From Candidatus Binatia bacterium (GTDB lineage Bacteria; Desulfobacterota; Binatia; Bin18), in assembly GCA_963666315.2 (NCBI GenBank), contig CAXXHG010000029.1, forward strand, positions 1 through 47,264: DNA of 47,264 nucleotides, given 5' to 3'. Positions within the stretch are counted from its first letter, which is position 1; the number at the start of each line of letters is the position of its first letter. The translations under genes were made by a program, and so were the position numbers. Below the pieces are notes generated by a model, which saw nothing but the letters and a program-made list of their open reading frames with translations, searched no databases and was not told where the DNA came from. Below are positions 10,954 through 19,818 of this stretch, piece after piece.

Positions 10954-11855
10954 TTAAGCCGACACTTCACACACCACGCAGACTTCAGGATCATTCTGTT
11001 CAGCCAGAATACGATCCTGTTCGGTTTGGTATTGTGGCGTATCAAGGCGTGAAATGCGCGCATCTCCGTCATTCATGGCTGAGTCTTTCCAGCTGTCATC
11101 TTCAGCCCAGCGAAAGGGCAGCTGGCTTGATTTTCCCCGGCTCTTTGAGCGAGCTGAACGCGTCGAGGGCTTCGATCAGAAATCTCTCGCTGGAGATCGG
11201 GCTCATGCAGTTTTCCGGTCGTGTGGCCGAGCTCATAGTCGAGAAAGGCGGCACGAGGCGGATGAACCGACTCCAGGATGTCCAGCGCACTGCCCATACA
11301 CAGGGTGGGGATGCCAGCCGCCTCAACAGTACGTGCGATCAGTCCCACGGACTGATGACACACGGGTCAGACAGGGACCAGAAGAGCCACATCGACCTGT
11401 TCAGCCCTCAATTGTTCGGTCAGTCGAGGGGCCAGTTCATCCCGCACTTTTCGCGAAGAATAAATTCCACCCATGAAAGTAAAAGCGTTGTCAGCCAGTT
11501 CACCGATCACGCCCTCTTTTTCTAATCGACGCAGCGTATCAATCGGAAAGACTACGTTGGGATCCTGCCGGGCGTCGGTTTGGTCATAGGCAAAATGAGC
11601 CGTACGCAAGTCAGCAGTTTTGACATCCCGGGGAATGACTCGAAACGAAAAATCGTCTTTGGTGTGAAAGGCCACCTGGCCGGTGACATAGATACCGCCG
11701 GAGGCGATCAGCCCGAGGCGACACTCCGCTAGCGGCTTTGTGAGAGGTGTCCACGGCGGGACGTCTTCATTACGCACCCATCGATACGTCTTATAGTCGA
11801 GCGCGGCGTAATTATCGGTAATCCGTTTGATGTAATCGACTGGCAGCTTCTGCAT
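10954..11855 (-). CDS. Glycine/sarcosine/betaine/D-proline reductase selenoprotein B (PrdB/GrdB)-family protein, U-P-V-C motif; two apparent +1 errors in the 3' part
   Basis: PWTPLTKPLAECRLGLIASGG, HFAYD, DPNVVFPIDTL, then VALLVPV-TGA-PVCHQSVGLIARTVEAAGIPT in frame (TGA 11367-11369). Removing single bases near 11181 and 11125 extends it to ...DTPQYQTEQDRILAEQNDPEVCVVCEVSA*. GGAGG RBS before ATG 11855. Confidence 0.88.
11332..11364 (-). promoter_or_regulatory. Candidate bacterial SECIS hairpin of the PrdB-like gene
   Basis: CGTGTG-TC-ATCAGTCC-GTG-GGACTGAT-CGCACG; perfect 8-bp upper stem and GU-initiated loop with an 18-nt spacer after the TGA. Confidence 0.75.
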
Positions 11856-11923
11856 CGGCACCTCCACAGGATTCAGGGTTCAATCTGTCAGTTTTCACCG
11901 GGGAAGACAACGGCTAAGCAGGT

Positions 11924-12272
11924 TTAAAAAGATTCCTCCAGGGGAGTGAAGCGTTCGAGTGCGGCAACCAACGGTTCAAGCTCGTTACTCACCGTATCCC
12001 AGACAACATCGTCATCAAAGACGGTATAGTCGTGTACGATTCTGTTCCGCATACCAATAATCAATTTCCAGGGAATGTGGGGGTTGGCTTTTCGAAATTT
12101 CGTGAGAGATGCCACGGGCAGCTTCTCCGATCACTTGAATGAGATGCACCAACGCCAAACGAAGCGTTTCATCCTGATCAAAAGCCACCCGGTCTTTGCC
12201 TTCGACTAATTGCAGCGCTTTTCGCGCCATATCCAGCATATAGCCGACGTATAACGCATCACCCTTCGGCAT
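11924..12272 (-). CDS. HepT-like HEPN (DUF86) ribonuclease toxin, +1 frameshift near 12097
   Basis: LQLVEGKDRVAFDQDETLRLALVHLIQVIGEAA joined to HIPWKLIIGMRNRIVHDY (RX4H motif) and VVWDTV. Confidence 0.88.
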
Positions 12273-12571
12273 ACTGCTCTTCTGCCTCAGCTAAAACTTC
12301 ATCCCGAATATGGCGATTCAACGACTTAAAAACTCAGCAGATCTACCTTCCGTCCGTCGAAAAATTGTTCAAGCTCTTCCTCAATGCTGCCAAGTCGAAT
12401 GAATCCAGGAACATTCCCAGGGACAAACTCGACCAATACGTCCACATCGCTGTCAGGTCGAAAATCTTCGCGTAGAACGGAGCCGAAAAGTGAAAGTTTG
12501 CGGATATGATGGCGACGGCAAAAGACTGCCAGTTGTTCTTTAGGGATAGATAGCTGGGCTTTCGATGTCAT
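12259..12571 (-). CDS. MNT (minimal nucleotidyltransferase) antitoxin, +1 frameshift in a T-run near 12330
   Basis: FCRRHHIRKLSLFGSVLREDFRPDSDVDVLVEF (GS-X10-DXD). Corrected end GRKVDLLSFKSLNRHIRDEVLAEAEEQYAEG* overlaps the HEPN start. Confidence 0.88.
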
Positions 12572-12574
12572 AGT

Positions 12575-12697
12575 CTCACCCGTGACCTTGGTTTCTTGGA
12601 GACAGACGCTGTCGGGGAATTGCTGAAGAGAAAGCCAGTCCAGCAATCGTTCTTTACGAGCACGGATTGAGTTGACATTCCAGGTGGCAATGCGCAC
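12575..12697 (-). pseudogene. xth: 5' stub (about 40 codons) of exodeoxyribonuclease III
   Basis: MRIATWNVNSIRARKERLLDWL...VCLQETKV is the typical ExoIII N-terminus; the rest of the gene is absent. Confidence 0.85.
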
Positions 12698-12719
12698 GGG
12701 CTCAAGAACGCCGCCTTTT

Positions 12720-14327
12720 CTATGCTGCTGTAGGCGGCGTCTCAGCGTCAGCTAAGAGAGCCCCCTGGAAACCAATCTTGCCGTAGGTGAGACCCGCAAA
12801 GGCCGGGACGGTTTTGGTCAACTCGCCAAACACATCTGAAATGGAAACCGAGTCTGGACCGCCCAGCTGGGTACTGAGCAGGGCAAGGGCCTCCCAACCT
12901 GCTTTGGCTTCTCCCGGTGGTGGAAATGCTGCTGAGAGGCCGCTGAACGCGGCCGGCATGGTTGGTACACGTGCCGTCTGTCTCAGGCGCAGCGCCGATG
13001 GGCAGGACGACGTAAGCGTACTCCGTCGTATCGTTATAGTCTGTGTCGAGCAGAATAACTGTCGCATCGCTCAGTGCTTTGTCTATGCGCTCTTGACCAA
13101 ACGTCGTCACTAAGTCCGCGCCAAAGACGAGCACGACTTTGACCGTCCCATTTTCTACTGCGGACAGAACCGCTTCCGCTTCTCCCCCCCCATTGAGCAG
13201 GCCCAAGCTTTTGAGTCCTTGTGTATTCGGGTTCTTATCAGCATGGATGAGAAAGTCATCGTGGAAAGCGTCAGCAGGGGACCAGGACAGACCGGCAATG
13301 TGAGTCGTACCGACTTGTTCTTTGAGCAGCCGAGACACAAGAAAGGCTTCTTCGTTGGTTGCCTTTGCCCCCACAATTGCCGCAATGGCAGCAGGGCCGT
13401 GTTCTTCTTTCGCTTGGAATAGTATGTTGGCGGCCTTTTTTGTGGCCTCAGCCCACGAGGCCACCTCAAAGGACGATGCACCCCGCACTAACGGATTGGG
13501 AATCCGGCTGTCCTGCTGGAACGACTTATACGAGTTGCGCCCTTCGGTCACACATCCAATACTCATTCACCGCCAGATTCTGGCGCGGCCGAAAGCGGTA
13601 TATCTCACCCTGGCGGTGGTAGATATCGATATTGCACCCAGTGGCACAGCGCGTACACGTTGACGGGGTTTTTTCGAGGTACCACACGCGTGACTTGAAA
13701 CGAAAGTCTTTACTGGTCAGCGCACCGACCGGACACACGTCTACGACATTGCCGGAGTACGGATTGTCCAGTTTCTTGCCCGGGAAGAGACTAATGCGAG
13801 AATGATCGCCCCGGTCAAATATCCCCAGCTCGCCCGTTTTCGTCACTTCGTCCAGAAAGCGGGTGCAGCGGGCACACAAGATGCAGCGTTCCTCGTCGAG
13901 CACGACTTCCGGCCCAAGATCAATAACCTTACGTTTATGAACCTTGGCCTCCAGCCCCATCTCGCTCGTATAGGCCCCGTACAGCATGTAATAGTCTTGC
14001 AGTTTACATTCGCCGGCTTGGTCACAAATCGGGCCAATCAATCGGATGGTTAATCAGGATAAATTCGAGCACGGCCGCCTGCGCCTGCTTGGCTCGTTCG
14101 CTATTGGTTTTCACCACCATGCCGTCGGAAACACGGGTATTACACCCAATCTGGAGCTTGGGCATTTTTTCAATTTCCACCAAGCACATGCGGCAATTGC
14201 CCGAGATGCTCAGCCCGGGGTGGTAGCAGTAGTGGGGAACTTCAATGCCTGCCTGTTCGGCAGCCTGGATGACGTTTAGACCGTCTTCTACTGTAATCTC
14301 TTGACCATCAATCTCTAGCGTGGGCAT
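12720..14327 (-). CDS. nuoG: NADH-quinone oxidoreductase subunit G (short type), with three apparent +1 frameshifts near 14034, 13546 and 12939
   Basis: PHYCYHPGLSISGNCRMCLVE, NHPID(C)PICDQAGECKLQD, RCILCARCTRF, DVCPVGAL, CTRCATGC, TNHAGRVQR; the pieces rejoin by removing one base each. Confidence 0.92.
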
Positions 14328-14358
14328 GAAAACCTCTTGGGCAAAATTCTTGGGATAA

Positions 14359-15651
14359 CTAAGCAGCGTCCGACTGCAGCCCGGATTTCTTCAGCGGGCA
14401 GCCGGCGTGGGTGATATGGGCGACAAACTCGTCGCGAAATTTTGTCAGAAAGCTTTGGGTCGGCATAGCCGCAGCATCAGCCAACACACACACCGTGTTG
14501 CCCATCATGTTGTTACAGATCCGATCGATCAACTCGAGATCGTCGGCTTTGGCGTTGCCCTCTTCGAGCTGGACCAGAAGTTTGTGCAGCCAGCCGGTCC
14601 CCTCGCGACACGGAGAACACTGGCCGCAGGATTCATGATGATAGAAGCGATCGATAATCTCTAGCGCACGGACCATACAGGTGTCTTCGTCCATGACCAT
14701 GATACCTGCGGTTCCCAGAAACGCGCCGATAGCTCGCATGGAATCAAAATCCATGTGGACATCAATCTCATCTGGTGTCAAAACGGGAAACGACGAACCA
14801 GCCGGCATGACGGCCTTGAGTTCTTTCCCCCCACGGATGCCGCCGGCATAGTCATAGATCACTTCGCGTAAGGGCAGGCCCATGGGTAGCTCATACAACC
14901 CCGGTTTCTCCACGTGGCCGCTCACGCCGTAAATCTTGGGACCAGGGCCGCTTTCGGGGCCAATAGACTTAAACCACTCCGGGCCGTTTTTGATAACGGA
15001 CGGCAGGCAGGCCAGGGTCTCCACATTATTGACAATAGTCGGGCAGCCAAACAGGCCATAGACCGCTGGGAACGGCGGTTTGATGCGTGGATAGGCACGT
15101 TTACCCTCAATCGACTCAATCAGTCCGGTCTCTTCACCACAGATATATGCCCCAGCCCCTCTGTGGACATACACCTCAAGATCAAATCCTGTTCCAAAGA
15201 TGTCTTTGCCCAGCAAGCCCTTGGCGTATGCATCGGCAAGGGCTTCTTCAAGACACTTCGCGCCGTAGGCAAACTCTCCACGAATATAGATGTATGCCGT
15301 GTGGGCATTAATTGCGTAGCACGTGATGAGCATGCCCTCTAAGAGAATATGCGTGTTCCACTCTATAATAGCCCGATCCTTAAAGGCGCCTGGCTCGCTC
15401 TCGTCCGCGTTGCAACACAGATAGACGGGCTTATCTGAGTCCTTGGGTAAGAAACCCCACTTTACGCCTGCTGCAAACCCCGCGCCACCTCGCCCACGTA
15501 GATTCGAGGCCTTGACCTGCGCCGTCACTTCTTCGGGTTTGAGCGTCGTGAGCGCCGTGCGGGCCGCCGCATATCCGTCATGGGCTAAATACACGTCGAG
15601 CTTGTGAATGTCAGGGATATTCTCGTGGCGCAGCAATACATTTTCAGCCAT
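14359..15651 (-). CDS. nuoF: NADH-quinone oxidoreductase subunit F
   Basis: LRGRGGAGF, CNADESEPG, GAGAYICGEETGLIESIEG, HESCGQCSPCREG. Confidence 0.96.
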   Translation of the reverse strand: MAENVLLRHENIPDIHKLDVYLAHDGYAAARTALTTLKPEEVTAQVKASNLRGRGGAGFAAGVKWGFLPKDSDKPVYLCCNADESEPGAFKDRAIIEWNTHILLEGMLITCYAINAHTAYIYIRGEFAYGAKCLEEALADAYAKGLLGKDIFGTGFDLEVYVHRGAGAYICGEETGLIESIEGKRAYPRIKPPFPAVYGLFGCPTIVNNVETLACLPSVIKNGPEWFKSIGPESGPGPKIYGVSGHVEKPGLYELPMGLPLREVIYDYAGGIRGGKELKAVMPAGSSFPVLTPDEIDVHMDFDSMRAIGAFLGTAGIMVMDEDTCMVRALEIIDRFYHHESCGQCSPCREGTGWLHKLLVQLEEGNAKADDLELIDRICNNMMGNTVCVLADAAAMPTQSFLTKFRDEFVAHITHAGCPLKKSGLQSDAA

Positions 15652-15717
15652 TCGTCCGTCCTTATTATAACAACGAGAAAGGGAACATTAATGAGAAAGG
15701 AAATTCCACCTGGAGCC

Positions 15718-15746
15718 AAGATATCGACCCCGGTTTTTAGTGTCAA
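15718..15746 (-). promoter_or_regulatory. Putative sigma70 promoter of nuoFG
   Basis: Minus strand TTGACA-17 nt-TATCTT. Confidence 0.6.
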
Positions 15747-15760
15747 ATGGCCCTCGTTAG

Positions 15761-15813
15761 TCCTGGTCAGTCCGGATCAGTCCGGATCAGTCCGGATCAG
15801 TCCTGGTCAGTCC
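15761..15813. repeat. Five tandem 10-bp repeats, TCC(T/G)G(G/A)TCAG
   Basis: TCCTGGTCAG, TCCGGATCAG x3, TCCTGGTCAG, then TCC. Confidence 0.95.
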
Positions 15814-15854
15814 GCCATTTACATTTCCAGGACCCTCTGGTTTAACATCCGCCA

Positions 15855-16385
15855 ATGAGCGACTTCATTCTCCTGTGGGTCCACGTACTCGGATTAGCCG
15901 TTTTCTTTGGCAGCGGGGTGACGTTGCTGGTCATGTTGCTGCCCCCTGCCGCTCAGATTGACGATCCGGCCGAGAAGCAGACGTTTTTAGCCAAAGGGCT
16001 GAAATATTACAATCCTCTCAGTATAGGCTCGCTGGGCGTGGTTCTCATGACCGGTGCCTGGAATCTCACCTCGTTCAAAGCAAAGCCAGGCTTATCCTTC
16101 TTCACGCCAGAGGGCTATCTATCAGACTTCGGCAGCCTGCTGAGCCTCAAGCTGCTCGTTGTGTTTTTTCTGATTAACGTCAGCGCTGCGGTCTCCCTCG
16201 GTATGGGCCATCGCATCGTTCGTACTGAAGTGCGCGGAGAAGCCTTTCCACCTGACAAACTTGCCGGTCTGCTCAAACGCATGCAGATTTTCACCATCCT
16301 CGCCCTGGCGCTTACCGCCTGGATTGTGTGGATCTCGCTCGATATGACGCGGATTGGATTGCTGGTGTCGGGGGCAGGATCGTAA
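15855..16385 (+). CDS. Four-TM membrane protein, CopD/DUF4149-like
   Basis: 176 aa with four hydrophobic helices; LLWVHVLG and LSLKLLVV patterns. Confidence 0.7.
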   Translation: MSDFILLWVHVLGLAVFFGSGVTLLVMLLPPAAQIDDPAEKQTFLAKGLKYYNPLSIGSLGVVLMTGAWNLTSFKAKPGLSFFTPEGYLSDFGSLLSLKLLVVFFLINVSAAVSLGMGHRIVRTEVRGEAFPPDKLAGLLKRMQIFTILALALTAWIVWISLDMTRIGLLVSGAGS

Positions 16386-16442
16386 AATGAGGAAGGGCGC
16401 GACGAATGGTACCTTGCCTCTCAGCCTGAGCTTATTGCCGCA

Positions 16443-17264
16443 CTACTTCCCCGACCAGCGCGGTGGGCGTTTTTCTATAAAGGCCGCTACGCCTTCACGG
16501 AAGTCCGGCTCAGTCATCATCCGGTCGATCAGACTCCGTGAATGATGGACTGCTGAGGCCGCGTCTCTGTGCAAGTCGGTATAGATTTGGTTCTTCGTTT
16601 CCCGCAACGACCCTGGCGAAACCCGGGAGATCATCTGCTGCACATAATCCCTGGTGTGAGGCAGGAGTGCGTCAAAGGGCAGGACTTTATTGACCAGCCC
16701 AAGCTCATACGCCTCTTCCGCAAGGAAAATTCGGCTGGTCAGTAAAATATCATTCGCCCGTGTAACACCCATCAGTCGCGGCAGCAGCCATGACAGCCCA
16801 AACTCAGCCGGGAGGTTGAGCGGGCCGTGGGCGGTCGTGAATTTTGCGCCTTGCGCTGCAAAGCGAATATCCGCATAACACGCCATCGCCAGCCCGGCTC
16901 CAGCCACCGCCCCGTTAATGGCAGCGATAACAGGCTTGGTCAGGCCGAATTGATACACAAAGTCCGCATCAAATTCAGGTCGCACCCCATAGCCGGGGTT
17001 TGCCATCTCTAACGGCGTACCCGGATCGTACCCCCCTTTTTCAACATGGCCTGCAAGCGCACGTGCATCCGCACCAACACAAAAATCTTTCCCCGCGCCA
17101 GTCACTATAATGGCGCGTACTGCAGGGTCGTTCTCCGATTGCTGGATGGACCACCGATACTCAACATGCATTCGGCCCGTCCATGAGTTTCTGCGCTGTG
17201 GACGGTTGAGGGTGACTGTTGCGATCCTATCTCTGACTTCGTAGCTGATGACTTTGAGTTCCAT
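16443..17264 (-). CDS. Enoyl-CoA hydratase/isomerase family protein
   Basis: ATVTLNRPQRRN, FCVGAD, KPVIAAINGAVAGAG, DFREGVAAFIEKRPPRW. Confidence 0.92.
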   Translation of the reverse strand: MELKVISYEVRDRIATVTLNRPQRRNSWTGRMHVEYRWSIQQSENDPAVRAIIVTGAGKDFCVGADARALAGHVEKGGYDPGTPLEMANPGYGVRPEFDADFVYQFGLTKPVIAAINGAVAGAGLAMACYADIRFAAQGAKFTTAHGPLNLPAEFGLSWLLPRLMGVTRANDILLTSRIFLAEEAYELGLVNKVLPFDALLPHTRDYVQQMISRVSPGSLRETKNQIYTDLHRDAASAVHHSRSLIDRMMTEPDFREGVAAFIEKRPPRWSGK

Positions 17265-17273
17265 GCAGGCTCC

Positions 17274-18122
17274 TTACCGTCGTACGCTGTCCTCTTGTTC
17301 GCCCCAGTTATTCGCGAGCGTCGCAAACTCCTCGAGACTTAACGTTTCTCCTCTGCGTTGTAAGTCGATATTTGCTTGGTGTCCGATCATCGTCAGATCG
17401 GCTCCGCCGACGCTGCGCAAGGCATTGCGTAAAATCTTTCTGCGCTGATTAAAGGCGGCCTTCACAATGCGCCGAAAGAGATCGGTATCTTTGACCTCGA
17501 CCCGCGGAGCGTCTTGGAATACGAGCTGAATCACCTGAGAGTGTACCTTTGGGATGGGGAAAAAGCTGCGTGGCCCGACCCTGCAAACGGACTTCGCGCT
17601 GGCATACAGCTGGATCAAGACCGATAAGACTCCATACGCCTTGGTTCCCGGAGACGCGGTAATGCGGGCCGCCACCTCCTGCTGGAGCATAACGGTTACG
17701 ACTCGGAATAGTTTGCGGTAGTCGAGCAGACGAAAGAGGATCGGCGTGGCGACATTGTAAGGCAAGCTTGCCACGATTTTGAAAGATTGGTCGTGGAATA
17801 ACTCATTGAGATCCAGCCGAAGAAAATCAGCTGGAATAACCTGCACCTGTTCGTGGTTGCTAAACCGCTCCGTCAACCGTTGGGCCAGAGTCGTATCCAT
17901 TTCGACCAACGCCAGACGGCCCGCTTTTTTGCTAAGCGTCTCAGACAGCGCACCAAGTCCAGGACCGATTTCTAATACCGCGTCTTCAGGATTAATATCT
18001 GCCGCAGTAACCATGCGCTCGATCACTGCGGCATCAATGAGAAAATGCTGCCCCAGACGTTTATGGGGCCGCATACCCAGTTCGCTGAGGGTGAAATGGG
18101 CTTGTTGGAGGAGAGTAGGCAC
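17274..18122 (-). CDS. rsmA: 16S rRNA m6,2A1518/1519 dimethyltransferase
   Basis: KRLGQHFLID, VLEIGPGLGAL, SLPYNVATPIL, AAFNQRRKILRNAL, RRGETLSLEEF. Confidence 0.95.
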   Translation of the reverse strand: MPTLLQQAHFTLSELGMRPHKRLGQHFLIDAAVIERMVTAADINPEDAVLEIGPGLGALSETLSKKAGRLALVEMDTTLAQRLTERFSNHEQVQVIPADFLRLDLNELFHDQSFKIVASLPYNVATPILFRLLDYRKLFRVVTVMLQQEVAARITASPGTKAYGVLSVLIQLYASAKSVCRVGPRSFFPIPKVHSQVIQLVFQDAPRVEVKDTDLFRRIVKAAFNQRRKILRNALRSVGGADLTMIGHQANIDLQRRGETLSLEEFATLANNWGEQEDSVRR

Positions 18123-18166
18123 AAGAGGCTTTCAGGAGACTAAATTTTTACGCAGGAGACTAACCT

Positions 18167-19189
18167 TCACGAATGCTCTAAACGGAGGACGGCAGAGGCA
18201 TTCAAATCTAATCCAGAACGCTGCCCCGCGGCAAGACGCCACGCACCGGCAAAGGCAATCATTGCGGCGTTATCCGTACACAGCTTCAGCCCAGGGAAAA
18301 ACACCTGCAGGGTATGCCGCTGCCCAACCTCAGCCATACGTTCGCGCAGCCGTGAGTTAGCCGATACGCCGCCTGATACGGCAACGCGCGCAACGCCACT
18401 ATCACCCGCAGCCCGCAGGGTTGTGTCTACCAGCATATCAACGATGGCCTCTTGATAGCTGGCCGCGATATCAGCATCGCTGTATTCTGCTCGCTGCGGC
18501 GAAAGAAGGAACTGACGCAGTGCGGTCTTGAGCCCGCTATAGCTGAAATCGTACTTGGCATTCTTCATACGGGCGCGAGGAAAGCGGAACGCCTGCGGAT
18601 TTCCCTGCTTGGCGAGTTGATCGATACGCCGTCCACCCGGATATCCCAGGCCAAGCATTTTAGCTCCTTTGTCGAAAGCCTCCCCAGCCGCATCGTCGCG
18701 GGTCGCCCCAAGCCGCTGATAGTCTCCCCAGTCACGAGCGAGATAGAGGCTGGTATGACCACCAGATGCCAGCAAACAGACGAAGGGGAAGGCGATGTCT
18801 TGTTCAAGCTGACCGGCCAGAAGATGTCCTTCGAGATGGTTCACCCCAATAAGCGGCAGATTTTTAGCAAACGCCAGAGACTTCGCAAGCGACACACCAA
18901 CAAGTAGCGAGCCAACCAAGCCCGGCCCGGAGGTCACCGCAATGCCACCAATATGGTCAAGGCTGACATCGGCTTGCCGCAGTGATTCATCTAGCAGCGG
19001 GAGAATATTCTGTATGTGCTGGCGAGAGGCCAACTCCGGGACTATTCCGCCGTATGGGCTATGTACGGCATCCTGCGAAGAAACCACATTGGATAGAATT
19101 TGGCGCCCATGCACAATGGCCACTGCCGTGTCGTCACATGAAGATTCTATGCCGAGGACGGTAAGATTGTACTGGCGGGAAGCCTTCAC
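18167..19189 (-). CDS. tsaD: tRNA N6-threonylcarbamoyltransferase
   Basis: LGIESSCDDT, YGGIVPELASRQH, HLEGH, DDAAGEAFDK, CTDNAAMIA. Confidence 0.96.
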   Translation of the reverse strand: MKASRQYNLTVLGIESSCDDTAVAIVHGRQILSNVVSSQDAVHSPYGGIVPELASRQHIQNILPLLDESLRQADVSLDHIGGIAVTSGPGLVGSLLVGVSLAKSLAFAKNLPLIGVNHLEGHLLAGQLEQDIAFPFVCLLASGGHTSLYLARDWGDYQRLGATRDDAAGEAFDKGAKMLGLGYPGGRRIDQLAKQGNPQAFRFPRARMKNAKYDFSYSGLKTALRQFLLSPQRAEYSDADIAASYQEAIVDMLVDTTLRAAGDSGVARVAVSGGVSANSRLRERMAEVGQRHTLQVFFPGLKLCTDNAAMIAFAGAWRLAAGQRSGLDLNASAVLRLEHS

Positions 19190-19818
19190 CCTGCGTCATC
19201 CTCCGGCAGTCGGGCCAACGCACTCAGAGCACGCAGATTCTGGGGAGAAAATTCCAGACAGCGTTGATAGCGCAGCCGCGCCGCAGCGTAATCTCCGGCA
19301 TCTTCGTGGATCGCGCCTTGCAGACAGGTCGTCTCCCCCAACCAGTCAACATTGTCTTGTGTTAACAACAATTCCGCCTTGAGTAAGAAGGCTAAGGCTT
19401 GGTTTGCATCGCCCTGGTCAAAAGTCATGCGGCCGAGGAAGTAGTACCCATACGGTTGCAAGGGGGCGATTTCGATTGCCCGTTCAAAGAGGATGCGCGC
19501 ACGCGCGAAATGTTCTCGCCCGAATGCCGTGCGTCCCTGTTCTACGAAGCGCAATGCCACGCGCTCTTGTGAAGAGAGCCTGAGCGGGGCAGGCACCAGG
19601 GGTGAGGCCTGCTCCGCTAAGGAGCCCGGACTCGCTAAGCCTCCGCCCTCATTTTCCTGCGTCTCGACCTTTCCATTTTCTTCGCCAAAAGGGTGTGAAG
19701 AAAATGGCCCGTTTTCAGCGTAGACAATCTGACTTCCGTGTGTCCAGAGAAAAATTAAACACACAGCTAACCAGACAAGTAGGGGTCGTATCAGCAGTAC
19801 TAGAAGAGCTGCCACCAT
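19186..19818 (-). CDS. Membrane-anchored tetratricopeptide repeat protein
   Basis: N-terminal hydrophobic segment and TPR-like helices (ARILFERAIEIAPLQPYGYYFLG; ARLRYQRCLEFSPQN); overlaps the PBP gene and tsaD. Confidence 0.75.
   Translation of the reverse strand: MVAALLVLLIRPLLVWLAVCLIFLWTHGSQIVYAENGPFSSHPFGEENGKVETQENEGGGLASPGSLAEQASPLVPAPLRLSSQERVALRFVEQGRTAFGREHFARARILFERAIEIAPLQPYGYYFLGRMTFDQGDANQALAFLLKAELLLTQDNVDWLGETTCLQGAIHEDAGDYAAARLRYQRCLEFSPQNLRALSALARLPEDDAG

Noticed and set aside
12720-14327. nuoG as a pseudogene or programmed-frameshift gene
   Set aside because: Three +1 duplicated bases with no slippery motif, no nonsense codons and intact Fe-S motifs fit sequencing error better
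15761-15813. CRISPR array
   Set aside because: 10-bp units with no spacers and no cas genes in the window
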